Assembly (NCBI GenBank): GCA_002269645.1
Contig: NIVC01000235.1
Span: 1 to 63,247 of the forward strand
Length of the DNA: 63,247 nucleotides
Direction: 5' to 3'
From: Macrostomum lignano
Taxonomy: Eukaryota
Position 1 is the stretch's first letter; every line of letters starts with the position of its first letter. Both the position numbers and the translations under genes were made by a program. This document shows positions 1-13,464 of the stretch, piece after piece. The notes beneath the pieces are model-generated. The model was not told the origin of the DNA. It ran no database searches and worked only from the letters and a program-made list of their open reading frames with translations.

Positions 1-687
1 AGGCTAATCCTTGTGCTCTTTTACCTTGGGTTGCGATAGGGGCCTCGCGGCCTATTCGCGGCGCCTGCGCCCCCCGTCAGTAGTAAGTAAGTAATAGTAC
101 CCCACCCCTCCCACTCAGTTTCTTTAGAGCCGCCTTTTGAAGTGTCTGCGCCGGCGGCTCTATCTGGCCTGACACCTGGCTCGCAGGGGTGCGCGTGCAG
201 ACTTTTCAAGATGGAGCTCAAGGCTTAAACAATCGGGGTTAACTCGATCGGTGCAGCTTAGCAGAGCATTTCACTGGGGGGGGGGGGCTGAGGTCGATAG
301 CACCGAGGAGAAAGGAGGAGGCGCAACCTGCACAGGGACACGCAGAGACTCGGCTGCCATCTATATCAATAGTGCTTTCCCCAATACGAGCTAGCTTTAC
401 GCTTCATCTGGAGCGACCCTCGCAAAGTCTTTCGCGGCGTCATCAATCAGCCGGTGTGTTTGCACGCAAACTTTTATCGCCCCAGCCTGCGACAGCCCGG
501 CCCGTACCCCCACCCCACCTCCCGTAGCGGCGGCGATAGACAGACAAAGCCAGAGAGCGACGAGCAGACGGAGAGATAATAGAACAGAAAAAATAGCTGG
601 AAGGATTAGGGGCGATAGGGAAATAAATTGGGCACGGATACAAAACACGGTTTGTTACACTTGGAATACTTTTACTCGTAGCTAGTA

Positions 688-1640
688 CTAGTATCAGACT
701 AGCATCAGACTAGCATCAGACTAGTATCAGACTAGCATCAGACTAGTATCAGACTAGCATCAGACTAGTATCAGACTAGCATCAGACTAGTATCAGACTA
801 GCATCAGACTAGTATCAGACTAGCATCAGACTAGCATCAGACTAGTATCAGACTAGCATCAGACTAGTATCAGACTAGTATCAGACTAGCATCAGACTAG
901 TATCAGACTAGTATCAGACTAGCATCAGACTAGCATCAGACTAGCATCAGACTAGTATCAGACTAGCATCAGACTAGTATCAGACTAGTATCAGACTAGT
1001 ATCAGACTAGCATCAGACTAGTATCAGACTAGTATCAGACTAGTATCAGACTAGTATCAGACTAGTATCAGACTAGCATCAGACTAGTATCAGACTAGTA
1101 TCAGACTAGTATCAGACTAGTATCAGACTAGTATCAGACTAGCATCAGACTAGTATCAGACTAGTATCAGACTAGTATCAGACTAGTATCAGACTAGTAT
1201 CAGACTAGCATCAGACTAGTATCAGACTAGCATCAGACTAGTATCAGACTAGCATCAGACTAGCATCAGACTAGTATCAGACTAGTATCAGACTAGTATC
1301 AGACTAGCATCACACTAGTATCAGACTAGTATCAGACTAGTATCAGACTAGTATCAATAGTATCAGACTAGTATCAGACTAGCATCAGACTAGTATCAGA
1401 CTAGCATCAGACTAGTATCAGACTAGCATCAGACTAGCATCAGACTAGTATCAGACTAGTATCAGACTAGCATCAGACTAGTATCAGACTAGTATCAGAC
1501 TAGCATCAGACTAGTATCAGACTAGCATCAGACTAGCATCAGACTAGTATCAGACTAGTATCAGACTAGTATCAGACTAGCATCACACTAGTATCAGACT
1601 AGTATCAGACTAGTATCAGACTAGTATCAATAGTATCAGA
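688..1640. repeat. 11-bp tandem repeat (CTAGYATCAGA), about 87 units
   Basis: Unit read directly; T/C variants at one position. Confidence 0.97.
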
Positions 1641-3329
1641 CAGCTAAACGAGTTGAGAGGAGGCAGATTAAGATTTAAGCGGCCAGGATTCTAGGCCACA
1701 CCCCTGGAATCGAGCTTGGGACGTCTGGGCCAACGGAGAAGATTCGAAAATGCTGTGTTTGCCACGGACGAGAGATAGATAAAAGAAGACGCAGCCCCAA
1801 GGCAGCAGTTTACAATCGAACTGTTTTCCAACGTGTTGTCGCCTTCGAACTTTTTTACAACATGGAAACTGCAGTAGGCGGGGCGGCCAAACGGGGAAGC
1901 AAGCGGGGGCGCCGGACAGACCGACGGCCAGAGACAGACAAGAAGACCGACAGAATGTTAATAGCGGGCGCATGCCATGCCCCATAGCTTTGGGAATGGC
2001 TACGAACGTTTGACTGGATACCATTTTTTCGGAAATACAACCCGACCCCCAGGGGAACGGCAGGAGAAGGCTGGGCAAAGATGGAGATCTTCATCTTTTT
2101 TTTAGGCGTTGCAGCTTTTTCGCGCTGGTTGGCAACTAATTAAGTGGTGGGTGAAGAACTAGAAGGGCAAAGGGGCGGGCGCAGAGCCGAGGGACACAGC
2201 AGGAACCCGTGACCGAGTTGGGGAGAAAAGAAAGGCTGAGGACAGTCAGCAGCTACCGGATTTCTGACAGTTGCAAGCCCCTAGTCCTGGAGTACAAGAT
2301 TTCCTGGGCACCGGTCCAAAACTTTCCTCTAAGGCAGCTCATTCTTTGCGTTACAGGACTTGTAATTAATCTAATTAATATTCAGCTTATAACTATTAAT
2401 ATAATGAAATGATACAGCCTGGGGCTGGCGTCAGAAAGATGCAAACTTCTAAATGAAACTCAGCAGCCAATCAGCGCGCGAAGGGGGTCAGAGAAAATGG
2501 GGTCGGTGATAGGTGACAAAATGCAATAGAGAGCTACGAGTACAAAGTCATAAAACTAAAATAGCAAAATAAACTACTTACACTGGTAAGTAAAAGTAAA
2601 ATAGTGCTGCGAACCACACCGCGCTGTAAATTAGTGAAGCAACTTGTTGGTTTGAAAGCATATTCACCCGATTTCACGCATACACACCAAGCAAACTGGG
2701 TACTTAATCCTTGAAATAGTTGGTGAGCAACCTGCTCTCAGAACTGTATAGATCAGAAAATACGCGTTAGTTTCTACTTGCAACGAGTAGCACAGTTGTG
2801 ATTTTCAACATTAAATAACCAAAATTAGGACTATTGTTTGTTAAGTTAAATAATACACGCATGTGGCTACTTAAATCAGTAGAACTAATAATACACGTAC
2901 GTATCTTTTATGAAAAAAATCTTTAAATCAGTGCAAATCGTTACATCGCTAAGCACTGCTGACAAGCAAAAATCAGAGAGCATATCTGAAATTAAAAATT
3001 CCAATCGCGAGAGCAATTTCGAGCGAACAATAAGTAAATATTATGGTGCTTATCTATTCGCAAAATTGACTCTCGAGTCCGTCAGTCAGCTAAACTAAAA
3101 CTTGCGGGCACACAGGAAGGACGTGTGGAAAGGAAAGAAAAGGGGAGATGGGAGAGGCAGCAGAGGCTGGGAAACCAATTTCACTTGGGTATTAAGTAAA
3201 AGATTTTACTAAGCAGGGATTTCGGAATTTGAGCAGATATAAGCTATAGTCAATATTATTTCTTACTGGAATTATTATTGTGCTACTTAAGCTCGAACTA
3301 AGTCTCATCAGTCCATGGGCTATTTAAGG

Positions 3330-3860
3330 ATAGCCGAGCCGCATCAAGGAATGGACAGGATTCCGATGGACAGAATCATAGCCGAGCCGCATCAGGGAAT
3401 GAACAGGATTCCGATGGACAGAATCATAGCCGAGCCACATCAGGGAACGGACAGGATTCCGATGGACAGAATCTTAGCCGAGCCGCATCAAAGAATGGAC
3501 AGGATTCCGATGGACAGAATCATAGCTGAGCCACATCAGGGAATGGACAGGATTCCGATGGACAGAATCTTAGCCGAGCCGCATCAAAGAATGGACAGGA
3601 TTCCGATGGACAGAATCATAGCCGAGGCACATCAGGGAACGGACAGGATTCCGATGGACAGAATCATAGCTGAGCCACATCAGGGAATGGACAGGATTCT
3701 GATGGACAGAATCATAGCTGAGCTGCATCAGGGAATGGACAGGATTCCGATGGACAGAATCATAGCCGAGCCGCATCAAAGAATGGACAGGATTCCGATG
3801 GACAGAATCATAGCCGAGCCGCATCAAAGAATGGACAGGATTCCGATGGACAGAATCATA
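3330..3860. repeat. 48-bp minisatellite, about 11 units
   Basis: Unit ATAGCCGAGCCGCATCAGGGAATGGACAGGATTCCGATGGACAGAATC; generates the 16-aa periodic ORF. Confidence 0.96.
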
Positions 3861-4360
3861 GGGGGAGGAGAGCAAAAGGGAGAGGAGAGGTAAAGAGCAC
3901 GAGAGAGAGAGAGAAGAGAGGGAGACAGAGAGGGAGACGGAGAGGGAGAGAGACGGAGAGGGAGAGAGACGGAGAGGGAGAGAGACGAAGAGGGAGAGAG
4001 ACGGAGAGGGAGGGAGACGGAGAGGGAGAGAGACGGAGAGGGAGAGAGACGGAGAGGGAGACGGAGAGGGAGGGAGACGGAGAGGGAGAGAGACGGAGAC
4101 CGAGAGGGAGAGAGACGGAGAGGGAGAGAGACGGAGAGGGAGACGGAGAGGGAGACGGAGAGGGAGACGGAGAGGGAGACGGAGAGGGAGACGGAGAGGG
4201 AGACGGAGAGGGAGACGGAAAGGGAGACGGAGAGGGATAGAGACGGAGAGGGAGACAGTGAGAGCAGTAGAGGATGGGAGGAGCAGGAGAGGGTGGGATG
4301 AGCAGGAGAGGGGACAGGGAGAGCAAGAGAGGGAGACAGGGAGAGAGGGAGAGAAACAGA
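3861..4360. repeat. GA-rich simple repeat (GAGAGACGGAGAGG variants)
   Basis: Purine-only tract with 12-16 bp periodicity. Confidence 0.93.
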
Positions 4361-6932
4361 TGAAATGCAGGGCCTTTTATGGTCTTGCATTTGCCAGCAG
4401 CAGCAAAAAGCCCGCGCTGAGAGCAGCTACTCACACGACCCGATAGTCAAAAACGAGGCGAGCCCGCAGATGCGACGACCTTCAGTTCGGCAGCCGGCTA
4501 CTTAGCCGGAGTCAAAAATACTTGTGTCTCTAGGCAATGGAGGGCACAATCGCATATATACGAGCCTTTCCCTTCGCTCCGCACAGCAAGCGGATACGCC
4601 TAAATGCGATTCTCGTGTCCATTCAATCGCCAACCCGCTGGGTTGCAAATGGACAATACGGAGGCTGAAGCGTTGCATAATTTTAAAAGTGCACCGCGCA
4701 CTGATGAAGAAGGGAGATGCCGGTCAGGGGGACACAAAATGAGACAAAACATCAGAAACCGGATTAGAAGGCTACAAAATTTCGATTTTCGATTCCCGAA
4801 ATAAATCCCACCAGTCGCCTATTTCGCTTTCCTTTTCTTGTTTTCTTCCGCTCCGCCTCTCTCGGCCGAGGATCTCTCTGAAGGATCGCCACAAGGACAA
4901 GTGCTAATCCCGCGCTCTAATGATAACCGAATGTACTTGCAACAAATAAGAGTCCCGGGTTCGATGGGGGTAAGACCCCCCTTCTTTGCAAAACCACTCT
5001 AAACATATAAAGTGCAAATCTGACTGGGGCGTGAGCAGCGAAGAGGCGCCGTGTCTGTACCTGGCTTTTGCCCCAAATTCCCCGGGTTTGGGTCCGCGCA
5101 CGCCCACAATAATTCGTGGAGGGGGGTCAGTGCACACACGGATTGAGCAATCAGCACCCACAAGAAGAGACCAACTGTGGCCTTGGCTTGCGGCAGTGCC
5201 AAAAGCGCCGCAACGATAAAATAAGTCAGTAAATATCTGTTTGAACACGCGCCAACGCTCAATAGTTTTGTTAACAATGAGTGCATTTTTCGGGGTTTTT
5301 TAATTTATGGTTAATTAGGACGGAGCGGACAGGTCTCGGGCCGGAGGTCCCGCAGTCTGTCAGTCACTCAATTTGCGCATTTCTGTCACGAAGCGGCGGG
5401 CAGTCTCCGCCGAGAGCGCCTGTTGTTTTCATTCACAATTTTTTTCTCCAAGCTTTGGTCAACCCGAGAAGCCATCGAGCCCGCCTAATCTCGGAGCGGG
5501 TTCACTGAAAAGTGCGAGCTGGTCCGACTGGCTGACCGGCTGAGAAATTCAGAAATTACAGCGCCGAGTCCACCGAGAGGAAAAATTGAAGTGGATCAAC
5601 TCCCCCCCCCCCGCTTCCCAGCATAAATTCCCAACTCTATATCCAAAAGCCCACTCGAGAAAAGCTTCCCCCATCCCATCGCTCACGAGGCTGGGGATGG
5701 CTGTGGCGAGGGTATGAATAAAAATAACGCGGAGGCTGGCCAAGCAGAAGCGACGGGAATCGACTGGAGATTTATCCCCATGCGGAGACACTTTTGAACG
5801 GCTGTATCGAACAGTGCGGCCGGCCCCGCCCTGGCCATGTCCTGGCAGACTCTGTGGCCCAGACTAATCCAACTAAGCCGAGACTGCCAAGGAAATCAAT
5901 AGTAGTCCGCTCGGGATCCAAAGCCGGCTTCAGTTCCCATCTGCCCGCTAATCAATGGTTCCTTCTGGTTGTCGCGCAGGCCATGGCAACTGCTGGCCAG
6001 GCACTTGGTAGTTAGGAGGAGGCGAAGAACTTTGTACCAATAAGTCGCAAACAGCGCAGAAGAAAACTAAAGTAGGCCTAAAGAGCGACACGAGGAATCG
6101 CTAAGTACACTTGCTCTGGCGAGGCAAAGGATGCGAAAAGCTTTAGGCTAAAAGCTTGGGCTTAGGGCGCATCAGTCATCCCGCGGCCAGTGAGCTAATA
6201 GACAGGTGCCTAACAAGCAGGCCTATCTACAATATCCGTTTCGTGACTGCACAGCTCAAAGCTGCTCAGCTCAACACAAGCAGAGACTGGCGCGAGGATC
6301 AGATTTCATTTAGCTAGCATGATCCCCGGATGATAAAAGAAACTCGAGGCGAGCCCCGGCAGGACTAAAGCTGGACTCTTCTTTAAAGCAGGCACAAATG
6401 CCTGGCAAGACTGGAAAGAGTGCGCAGGCCCGGCAAAAGAACCGGCTTCCCTACTTTTTTACGCCAGCGGCTGCTTTCAAAACGCGGTAAAAGCGCGGGA
6501 TTAATTGGAGACAAACTTCAGCTAGATGGAGCCGAGGGGGAGCTCATTGAAAAAAATCGAAAATCTACGCAGATAGGCAAAAATGGTGAAAGTCAATCAG
6601 GCGAATGGAAGACATCCCCCCGCCCGCCCGGTCCCCGGGGAAATACCGGCTAAAAAACTTGCAGACTGAGGGGACGAGAGGGTTGGAGCAAATCTGAAAA
6701 ATATGAAAACCCCCAGACTGAGCTGCGTCACTACCCGCCCGCAGGTGCAGGCGGAATTGCAGGGACTTGCGGATGCACCCGGTTTAGGCAAAGCATCTCA
6801 AACCGGAAACTCATAAAGTTAGCTAAAAAATCCTAGTCCAGGAAAAACAGTCAGAGTAACTATGACTGTACCTAGATAGTAAAAGCCTCGTCATCTAATT
6901 AGCATATCAGCAACGGGCAATCTGGGACTCAC

Positions 6933-7246
6933 AGACGGCGGCGCCAGAAGGCATGGCGTAGATTTGCTCCAAATCTGTGCAGGTCCGCGACCTCGCCCGC
7001 TCCTCTGGAGCCAGCGAACCCGCCGAGTCCGAGGATGGAGAGATGGCGGAAGCCGAGCGCGGATAATGCTGCTGCTGATGATGCAGCTGCTGCTGATGCT
7101 GGAAGACGGCAGAGTCCCCGGCGTCTGTCTCGGACAGCGCCGACAAGCTGGGCGCATGGCGCCGCTTCGCCAAGCCGGACAGCTGGCGGCGCAGCTTCTT
7201 CATCTCGGGAGTCTCTGAGCTGGGAGGCTGCTGGCTGCTCGCTCTG
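6933..7246 (-). CDS. Putative exon of an unidentified gene (…MKKLRRQLSGLAKRRHAPS…EQIYAMPSGAAV)
   Basis: GC-rich, codon-biased open frame, polyQ/H stretch, donor T|GTGAGT after 6933, candidate acceptor CCCAG| before 7246; partner exons not established. Confidence 0.4.
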
Positions 7247-7329
7247 GGTTGCGAAACAGCCCAAGTGACGTCACACCCTGATACTGGGCAGCAATGTTTA
7301 TTTGCTTAATGTAATTGGCATCTGTCATT

Positions 7330-8220
7330 GACTGTGGCATTCTGAGTGCTGGGTGGCTGCTGCAGCTGATATTGGGGACTGTGGCATTCTGAGTGCTGGG
7401 TGGCTGCTGCAGCTGATATTGGGGACTGTGGCATTCTGAGTGCTGGGTGGCTGCTGCAGCTGATATTGGGGACTGTGGCATTCTGAGTGCTGGGTGGCTG
7501 CTGCAGCTGATATTGGGGACTGTGGCATTCTGAGTGCTGGGTGGCTGCTGCAGCTGATATTGGGGACTGTGGCATTCTGAGTGCTGGGTGGCTGCTGCAG
7601 CTGATATTGGGGACTGTGGCATTCTGAGTGCTGGGTGGCTGCTGCAGCTGATATTGGGGACTGTGGCATTCTGAGTGCTGGGTGGCTGCTGCAGCTGATA
7701 TTGGGGACTGTGGCATCTTGAGTGCTGGGTGGCTGCTGCAGCTGATATTGGGGACTGTGGCATTCTGAGTGCTGGGTGGCTGCTGCAGCTGATATTCGGG
7801 ACTGTGGCATTCTGAGTGCTGGGTGACTGCTGCAGCTGATATTGGGGACTGTGGCATTCTGAGTGCTGGGTGGCTGCTGCAGCTGATATTGGGGACTGTG
7901 GCATTCTGAGTGCTGGGTGGCTGCTGCAGCTGATATTGGGGACTGTGGCATTCTGAGTGCTGGGTGGCTGCTGCAGCTGATATTGGGGACTGTGGCATTC
8001 TGAGTGCTGGGTGGCTGCTGCAGCTGATATTCGGGACTGTGGCATTCTGAGTGCTGGGTGGCTGCTGCAGCTGATATTGGGGACTGTGGCATTCTGAGTG
8101 CTGGGTGGCTGCTGCAGCTGATATTGGGGACTGTGGCATTCTGAGTGCTGGGTGGCTGCTGCAGCTGATATTGGGGACTGTGGCATTCTGAGTGCTGGGT
8201 GGCTGCTGCAGCTGATATTG
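7330..8220. repeat. 47-bp minisatellite, about 19 near-identical units
   Basis: Unit GACTGTGGCATTCTGAGTGCTGGGTGGCTGCTGCAGCTGATATTGGG; no unique spacers. Confidence 0.97.
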
Positions 8221-10754
8221 TACCTTGCTTCAATTTCAATGCTTCAATTTACACTGCCAGAATACTGCACTGATTGCACTATTACGAGCGTACTAGACAA
8301 AGTGGGGTTCAAATAGAGGGCACAAGGAGCACCGAACCGCAATGCCTTAAGGTGACCGATTTTGTTCAGATTTTCTATTTTTTGCCGAAGCACCTAGCAA
8401 TGAAAATTAGTATTTTAATTGCGCGCAGCAAATTTCCAACGAAAACAACTTCAAGCCTGTCAATGGAAAAAATCGCTGCTTTATTGTAGCGACAAGGCTT
8501 CAGTAGAATTTTTTAGGCTTGATTGAAGCACTGAATCTCCAATTCCAAATAAACACAGTGCTTCTAAAAATAGCATCCTTTAGAGTAGGCCAGCAGCGGA
8601 AGCGGCAGTAACAGACATGGCGCAGCATCTCACACAGGCATCAACCAAGGCTAAAGGAGAGTGGCCAAGAGCCCTATACTAGATTCTGAACAAAACGCAT
8701 GAGCAAATGCCATATTCCGGCTATGATGAGGAAGACCGATATAAATATAGGAGGTTCTGGCAGTCTTGCCGGGGAAAATGCTGGAATTCTGCCTGACCTG
8801 GCTTGGCTTCAGCCCGCCCACGCAGCCCGGAACGGAATGCGGCAGACAAGAATGGAAATGGGGACTCAAATATTGCAGCAATGTCCAGTCGAAGCCAAGC
8901 TTGACCAGTTTCTCTCCTTAGCTAGCCCGCCATTTCCGTCCTTGGCGTCTTCTGCCTTTTCTAGCAACTGTGTTGCCCTGCCACGGCAGTCACAAAGAAG
9001 CAGGAAAGGAGCAGCAAGTACTCGCTACTTATACTGCCGGCTGAAAATGGAAGGCCAAGCCGTGTTTGCACAGACAGGGACAGGGGACAGCACGACGACC
9101 AGTTCAAGTGGCAAGCCGGAGCAGAAGGAAGCAGCAAAGGGTGGCGGCTATTCTTCTATATTTGCTGTCACTCATTTCTATGAGCAGGAGTCAAGCTAAG
9201 CACTGTTTTGTCTCAAGAAGCAAGTCAAATAGGGTCAGCTACAGACAGCACTGTATGCTTTACAGTTAATAGAATTCAATCTGGAATGCTCTAGTAATTA
9301 TTCTCAACTCTCAATGTTTTACATTGGATTCTAAGATTCTAATTTTATCTAACATTGAACTAGAATTCCATGTACCTTCAATTCTAAAAACACAACTGTT
9401 GATAGTTTAAAGCAAGAAATGGATATGCCTTTGTTAGCAAACATCATCAAAACTTTATAGGGTAAAACAAGCTAATAAAAACACATGTCATAAATAATCA
9501 AATTCTAATTAAAACTTGCATTATAAATAACTAAAGTATTAAAAATTGTTAAATTTTACTAATAATTTTAAACAAGCCATATATTTTAACCAGCAGATTG
9601 AAGACTGTAGTGCCCAGAATCAGCATGACAATCTTGCAGATCTTTCATATCTCCATATAGGATTTAAATGGCAACTGCCTGCATTACAAATGCTAGTATA
9701 GATGTCTTGGTCACTTTGTTGGGGCAGGTCTTCAATGCTGTCAATGAGATCAATACCATGGAGTCTATACAACAAGCCTCTAGCACTACTTATCCCAGGA
9801 GCAACAACTGACAATCTGGCACAATGTAGAACAAAAACAGGATCCAAAATGGGCCCTAACCAATGTCACTTTCTAAGATTGTAGGTTAAGGAGGGGTAAA
9901 CAGTGGAGAGCCTCAAGTTGTAAGTCAAATACAAGGCCAAAAACTGCAAGAGCATAAAAAATCATAAGAGCATGAAGAGCACAAAGCTATAGCAAAGCTA
10001 GGATGCACAAAAGAAAATAAAGCAAAAGCTATTATTAGATCTGCAAATTTGTCTATAGGTATGATAATAACAAAGATATGAATATATGTTTTCTAATCAA
10101 CTTTTGCAACTACAATATGGCCTTGATTGATTGAAACTAAAAGCTTAGATACAATCAAATGCAGGCTAGGAAACAACATAGAAATAGTATATTAACCGAT
10201 TATACCAATATTTTTATAATTACATATGCAATATAAATATGCCATGCTCTATTTTATTGTCTATATACATATATCAATATCCTAGATTACATGTCCAATA
10301 AACCTTGGTCCACTTGCTAGTCAATAATTGTAGTCATTTCCTAGACTATTCAAGTCCTAACTACCATGATCTATTCTCTAGTACATATTGATATTTATAT
10401 CAAATCTATTTTTAGACAATTTTTTGGCAATTGTAGTGACAAAGGTCTTTTATAAATTTAAATAAATAATGAAAAACAAATATAATTAGTGACTATTTTT
10501 TGTGAATAAGTAAATCAGTTTACATTTATAGACATAATAATCTATGATAGTCTATACTATAGTATAGATTATAAAAGGCCTAGTGTATACTAGGATAAAG
10601 TTTAGAAGTTGGGTTTAATCACAATTGTGATTATAATTTTATGAATTCACAATCATTTCTTCACAATAGTGATTTTCTTGAAATCTATTCATAAGGTTAT
10701 GAATTTCTACTTACTCTTTTATTTAAATTATAACTTTTTTATTTGATTTATTGA

Positions 10755-11815
10755 TACGGTGTTCACTACTCGTCTGTGAGTCGCATTCTCCAATGTCACA
10801 GCTGGTCAAAGATTTGTGCTAAGTGGGTACCACAAGAGCTGACAGAAGAACACAAAAAGCATGGGTGCAATGTTTGGCAGACAACTGGGCTGCATGGAAC
10901 GAGCTTGGTGATAAGAAGTTCAAGGAGCTTATAATCACAATGAATGAGACGCCGCTGCCAATGTTTAATCCATTGACAAAGCAGCAGTCGATGCAGTGGG
11001 GGCCAAAAGGATGGCTACCACACACAGAGGCCATGAAGTCAGCCTGGACCCAGAAGCCAGAACATCATGTGCATAGTGTGGTTCGATGTGCAAGGCATGT
11101 TACTGATTGATTACCTACCGCAAGGCCAGACAATCAATGCCAACTATGTGATTAACCAGCTCAAGCAACTGCGTGCTGCCATTCTATCCAAGTGCCAAAT
11201 CATGCATCAGAAGCCATTTATCCTTTGGGACAATGTGCATCCGCATGCTGCTACTTGCATTCGCGCCAAGGTAGAAGAGCTGGGCTTTTGTCAGCTAAGT
11301 CACCCAGCCTACAGGCCCAACCTCATGATTGCCAACTTCCATCTCTTCGGTCCAATGAAGTTACCAATGCGTGGGCAAGTTTTCACAACATTTCAGGAGG
11401 TCATTGATACCGCTAATGCATTGCTGCACTAGCTGGACTCCAGCTTCTAGAAGGCTGGGTTTGATAATCTGATTGAATGCTATCAGAAATATAGCATTTA
11501 ATGGTGAATATATGGAGTGCAACAGTGCTAGGCCAGACAGAAAGAATGACATCAGTGATAGTGATAATGATTGGTAGGGATCAATGGCAGCTGGAACTTT
11601 GGTATAATGATTTATAGTGAAGGGACACTGATTGATTGCAACATGTTTTAAATTATTGCTTTTTGTTCCACTTGACACTAACAAAACATAATAATGTGTT
11701 GCCTTACTGTTTTTGACCAACAGTTTTAGAATATTACCCAGAAATTTCCCTTGTTATCGTTGCATTAAAAAGTTTGCCTATAGGAAATCTAGAAACTTTT
11801 GCAATACCCCTTGTA
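10755..11815 (+). mobile_element. Degenerate mariner (DD34D-type) transposon, 5' end missing
   Basis: AKWVPQELT (WVPHEL motif), IITMNET (first D lost), LWDNVHPH, HPAYRPNLMIANFHLF (YSPDL motif decayed); frameshift near 11065; right TIR-like …CTAGAAACTTTTGCAATACCCCTTG followed by TA at 11814-11815; left TIR not found. Confidence 0.88.
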
Positions 11816-13464
11816 ATATATTATACATTTGTTGACTTGATAGCATTACTGAGTATCTATTATTCAATATATAATGGTTTGTCTTCTTGTTTTGGTATTT
11901 TCTACACTTGTAAATTACAAGCTTGTATTACATATATGCATAGTAAATGAAGGAGAAATTTACTTTACATTCATAATCATAATCACGATAATGCCCAACT
12001 TTGAAAATTTCATAAAATTTCATACTTAACCAAAACTTTTTTGCTGATCCAATCTCTAATATTTTTTGTATAAAATCCTTGATGCATTCCATGCATACTG
12101 ACAACATTATATTAACATTGAGACAATAATTAAAAAAATCTATTTTAGCTAATATATACATACAGGTATAATCAATAAACTATAAAGAAATGAAAAGTTC
12201 AAACTTTAAAGATATAAAAAAGTATATTTGAAATCTCTAGTTGAAATCTATACTATATATTCACCATATAACCTTTATCTATACAACTATAGATATCATA
12301 ATAAATGATATTTAGAGTTTTAGTGTCAATATGCTTTTTCTAGACTAGTGAGGCTTCCATATGCAACTCATATTTTTAGGCAAGGCTCTATACTACGCCA
12401 TACTAATAGAGCTAGAGCTTACAGCTTTTGATAATACTAATATAACAAGAGCTATTGATTAAAAGACAAAACTAGTAGTTAGTATTATTAATATTAGTAG
12501 TGTTAAACTATGTAAAACCTTTTCATTCTTATCAAACGATTCAAACTGGTACGATTCTGCGCCAAATATTAAATATTAAGCAAAGCATGAACTGATCCAT
12601 GAATGAAGGAAGTGTAAGTGTATTCTATCTTAATAAAAAGTCAAGATTTGAAAGATTTGAAATTGATACGGCAGCATGGTAATTTAAAATCATGGGTCAA
12701 ACTTTTTGCAGGAAAACAAACAGTAAAACAATTTGAATCTTCTTAGCATTGCACGTGATTGTAAACGTTTCTCTATATACTTCCTTTGTGGTGAACTCTT
12801 TTTAAAAAGAAGACTGAATTGTTTATTAAGCGTTCAAAGTATTAAGTATTTTTTAAGAACGGTTGTAGATCCATCGTAATCATCGTTTTTATGTTTTACT
12901 TTTATTGAGCAGCAATGATCGACTATTTTTCTAACTTATAAAATCCGAAATAATCGAAACTTTACGGAATAATGTTCATAATTTTTATCACACTTTTTTA
13001 CTGCAATGCTATGCTGATACATGTATGTGTACAGGTGTACGTATGATTATATGATTAAATTTCAAATCAAAGTACATTGTATAGAATTGGCTAACACAAG
13101 CTTTACATGTACAGCTAGGTTTGCGAATTAACTTTATAATATATATGAGATCTCAAATATGACATTTCTGACGACGCAATAATTCATGCATGTCAGTTCA
13201 CACCTAGGTGTCGATATTGTGCTTCGTACGTACATATATATGTATCCATATATGTTGAGTCCGTTTTTTTTCTTTGTGGCTATAGATGGTAGATTGTATC
13301 ACAGAATATACTGTGGATTGTATAATTTTGGACATTAACACGCAACGGCAATTTAAGCAATAACAAAGGGTAAGTTTTCTTTTTTTATGTAGAAAAACAT
13401 CAAAAACTGTTCAACAAAGAAAACGTATTTAATCAGGTAAACTAGGCCTAAATAGAAACGTCAC

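Noticed and set aside
3315-3893. 192-aa ORF of AEPHQGMDRIPMDRII repeats
   Set aside because: The unit is a multiple of 3 and stop-free, so an ORF is expected by chance; there is no signal peptide or splice context
7200-8239. Three long ORFs; CRISPR-like regularity
   Set aside because: All derive from the 47-bp array; there are no unique spacers or cas genes
8699-9199. 166-aa ORF
   Set aside because: No motif, weak codon bias, no convincing splice sites
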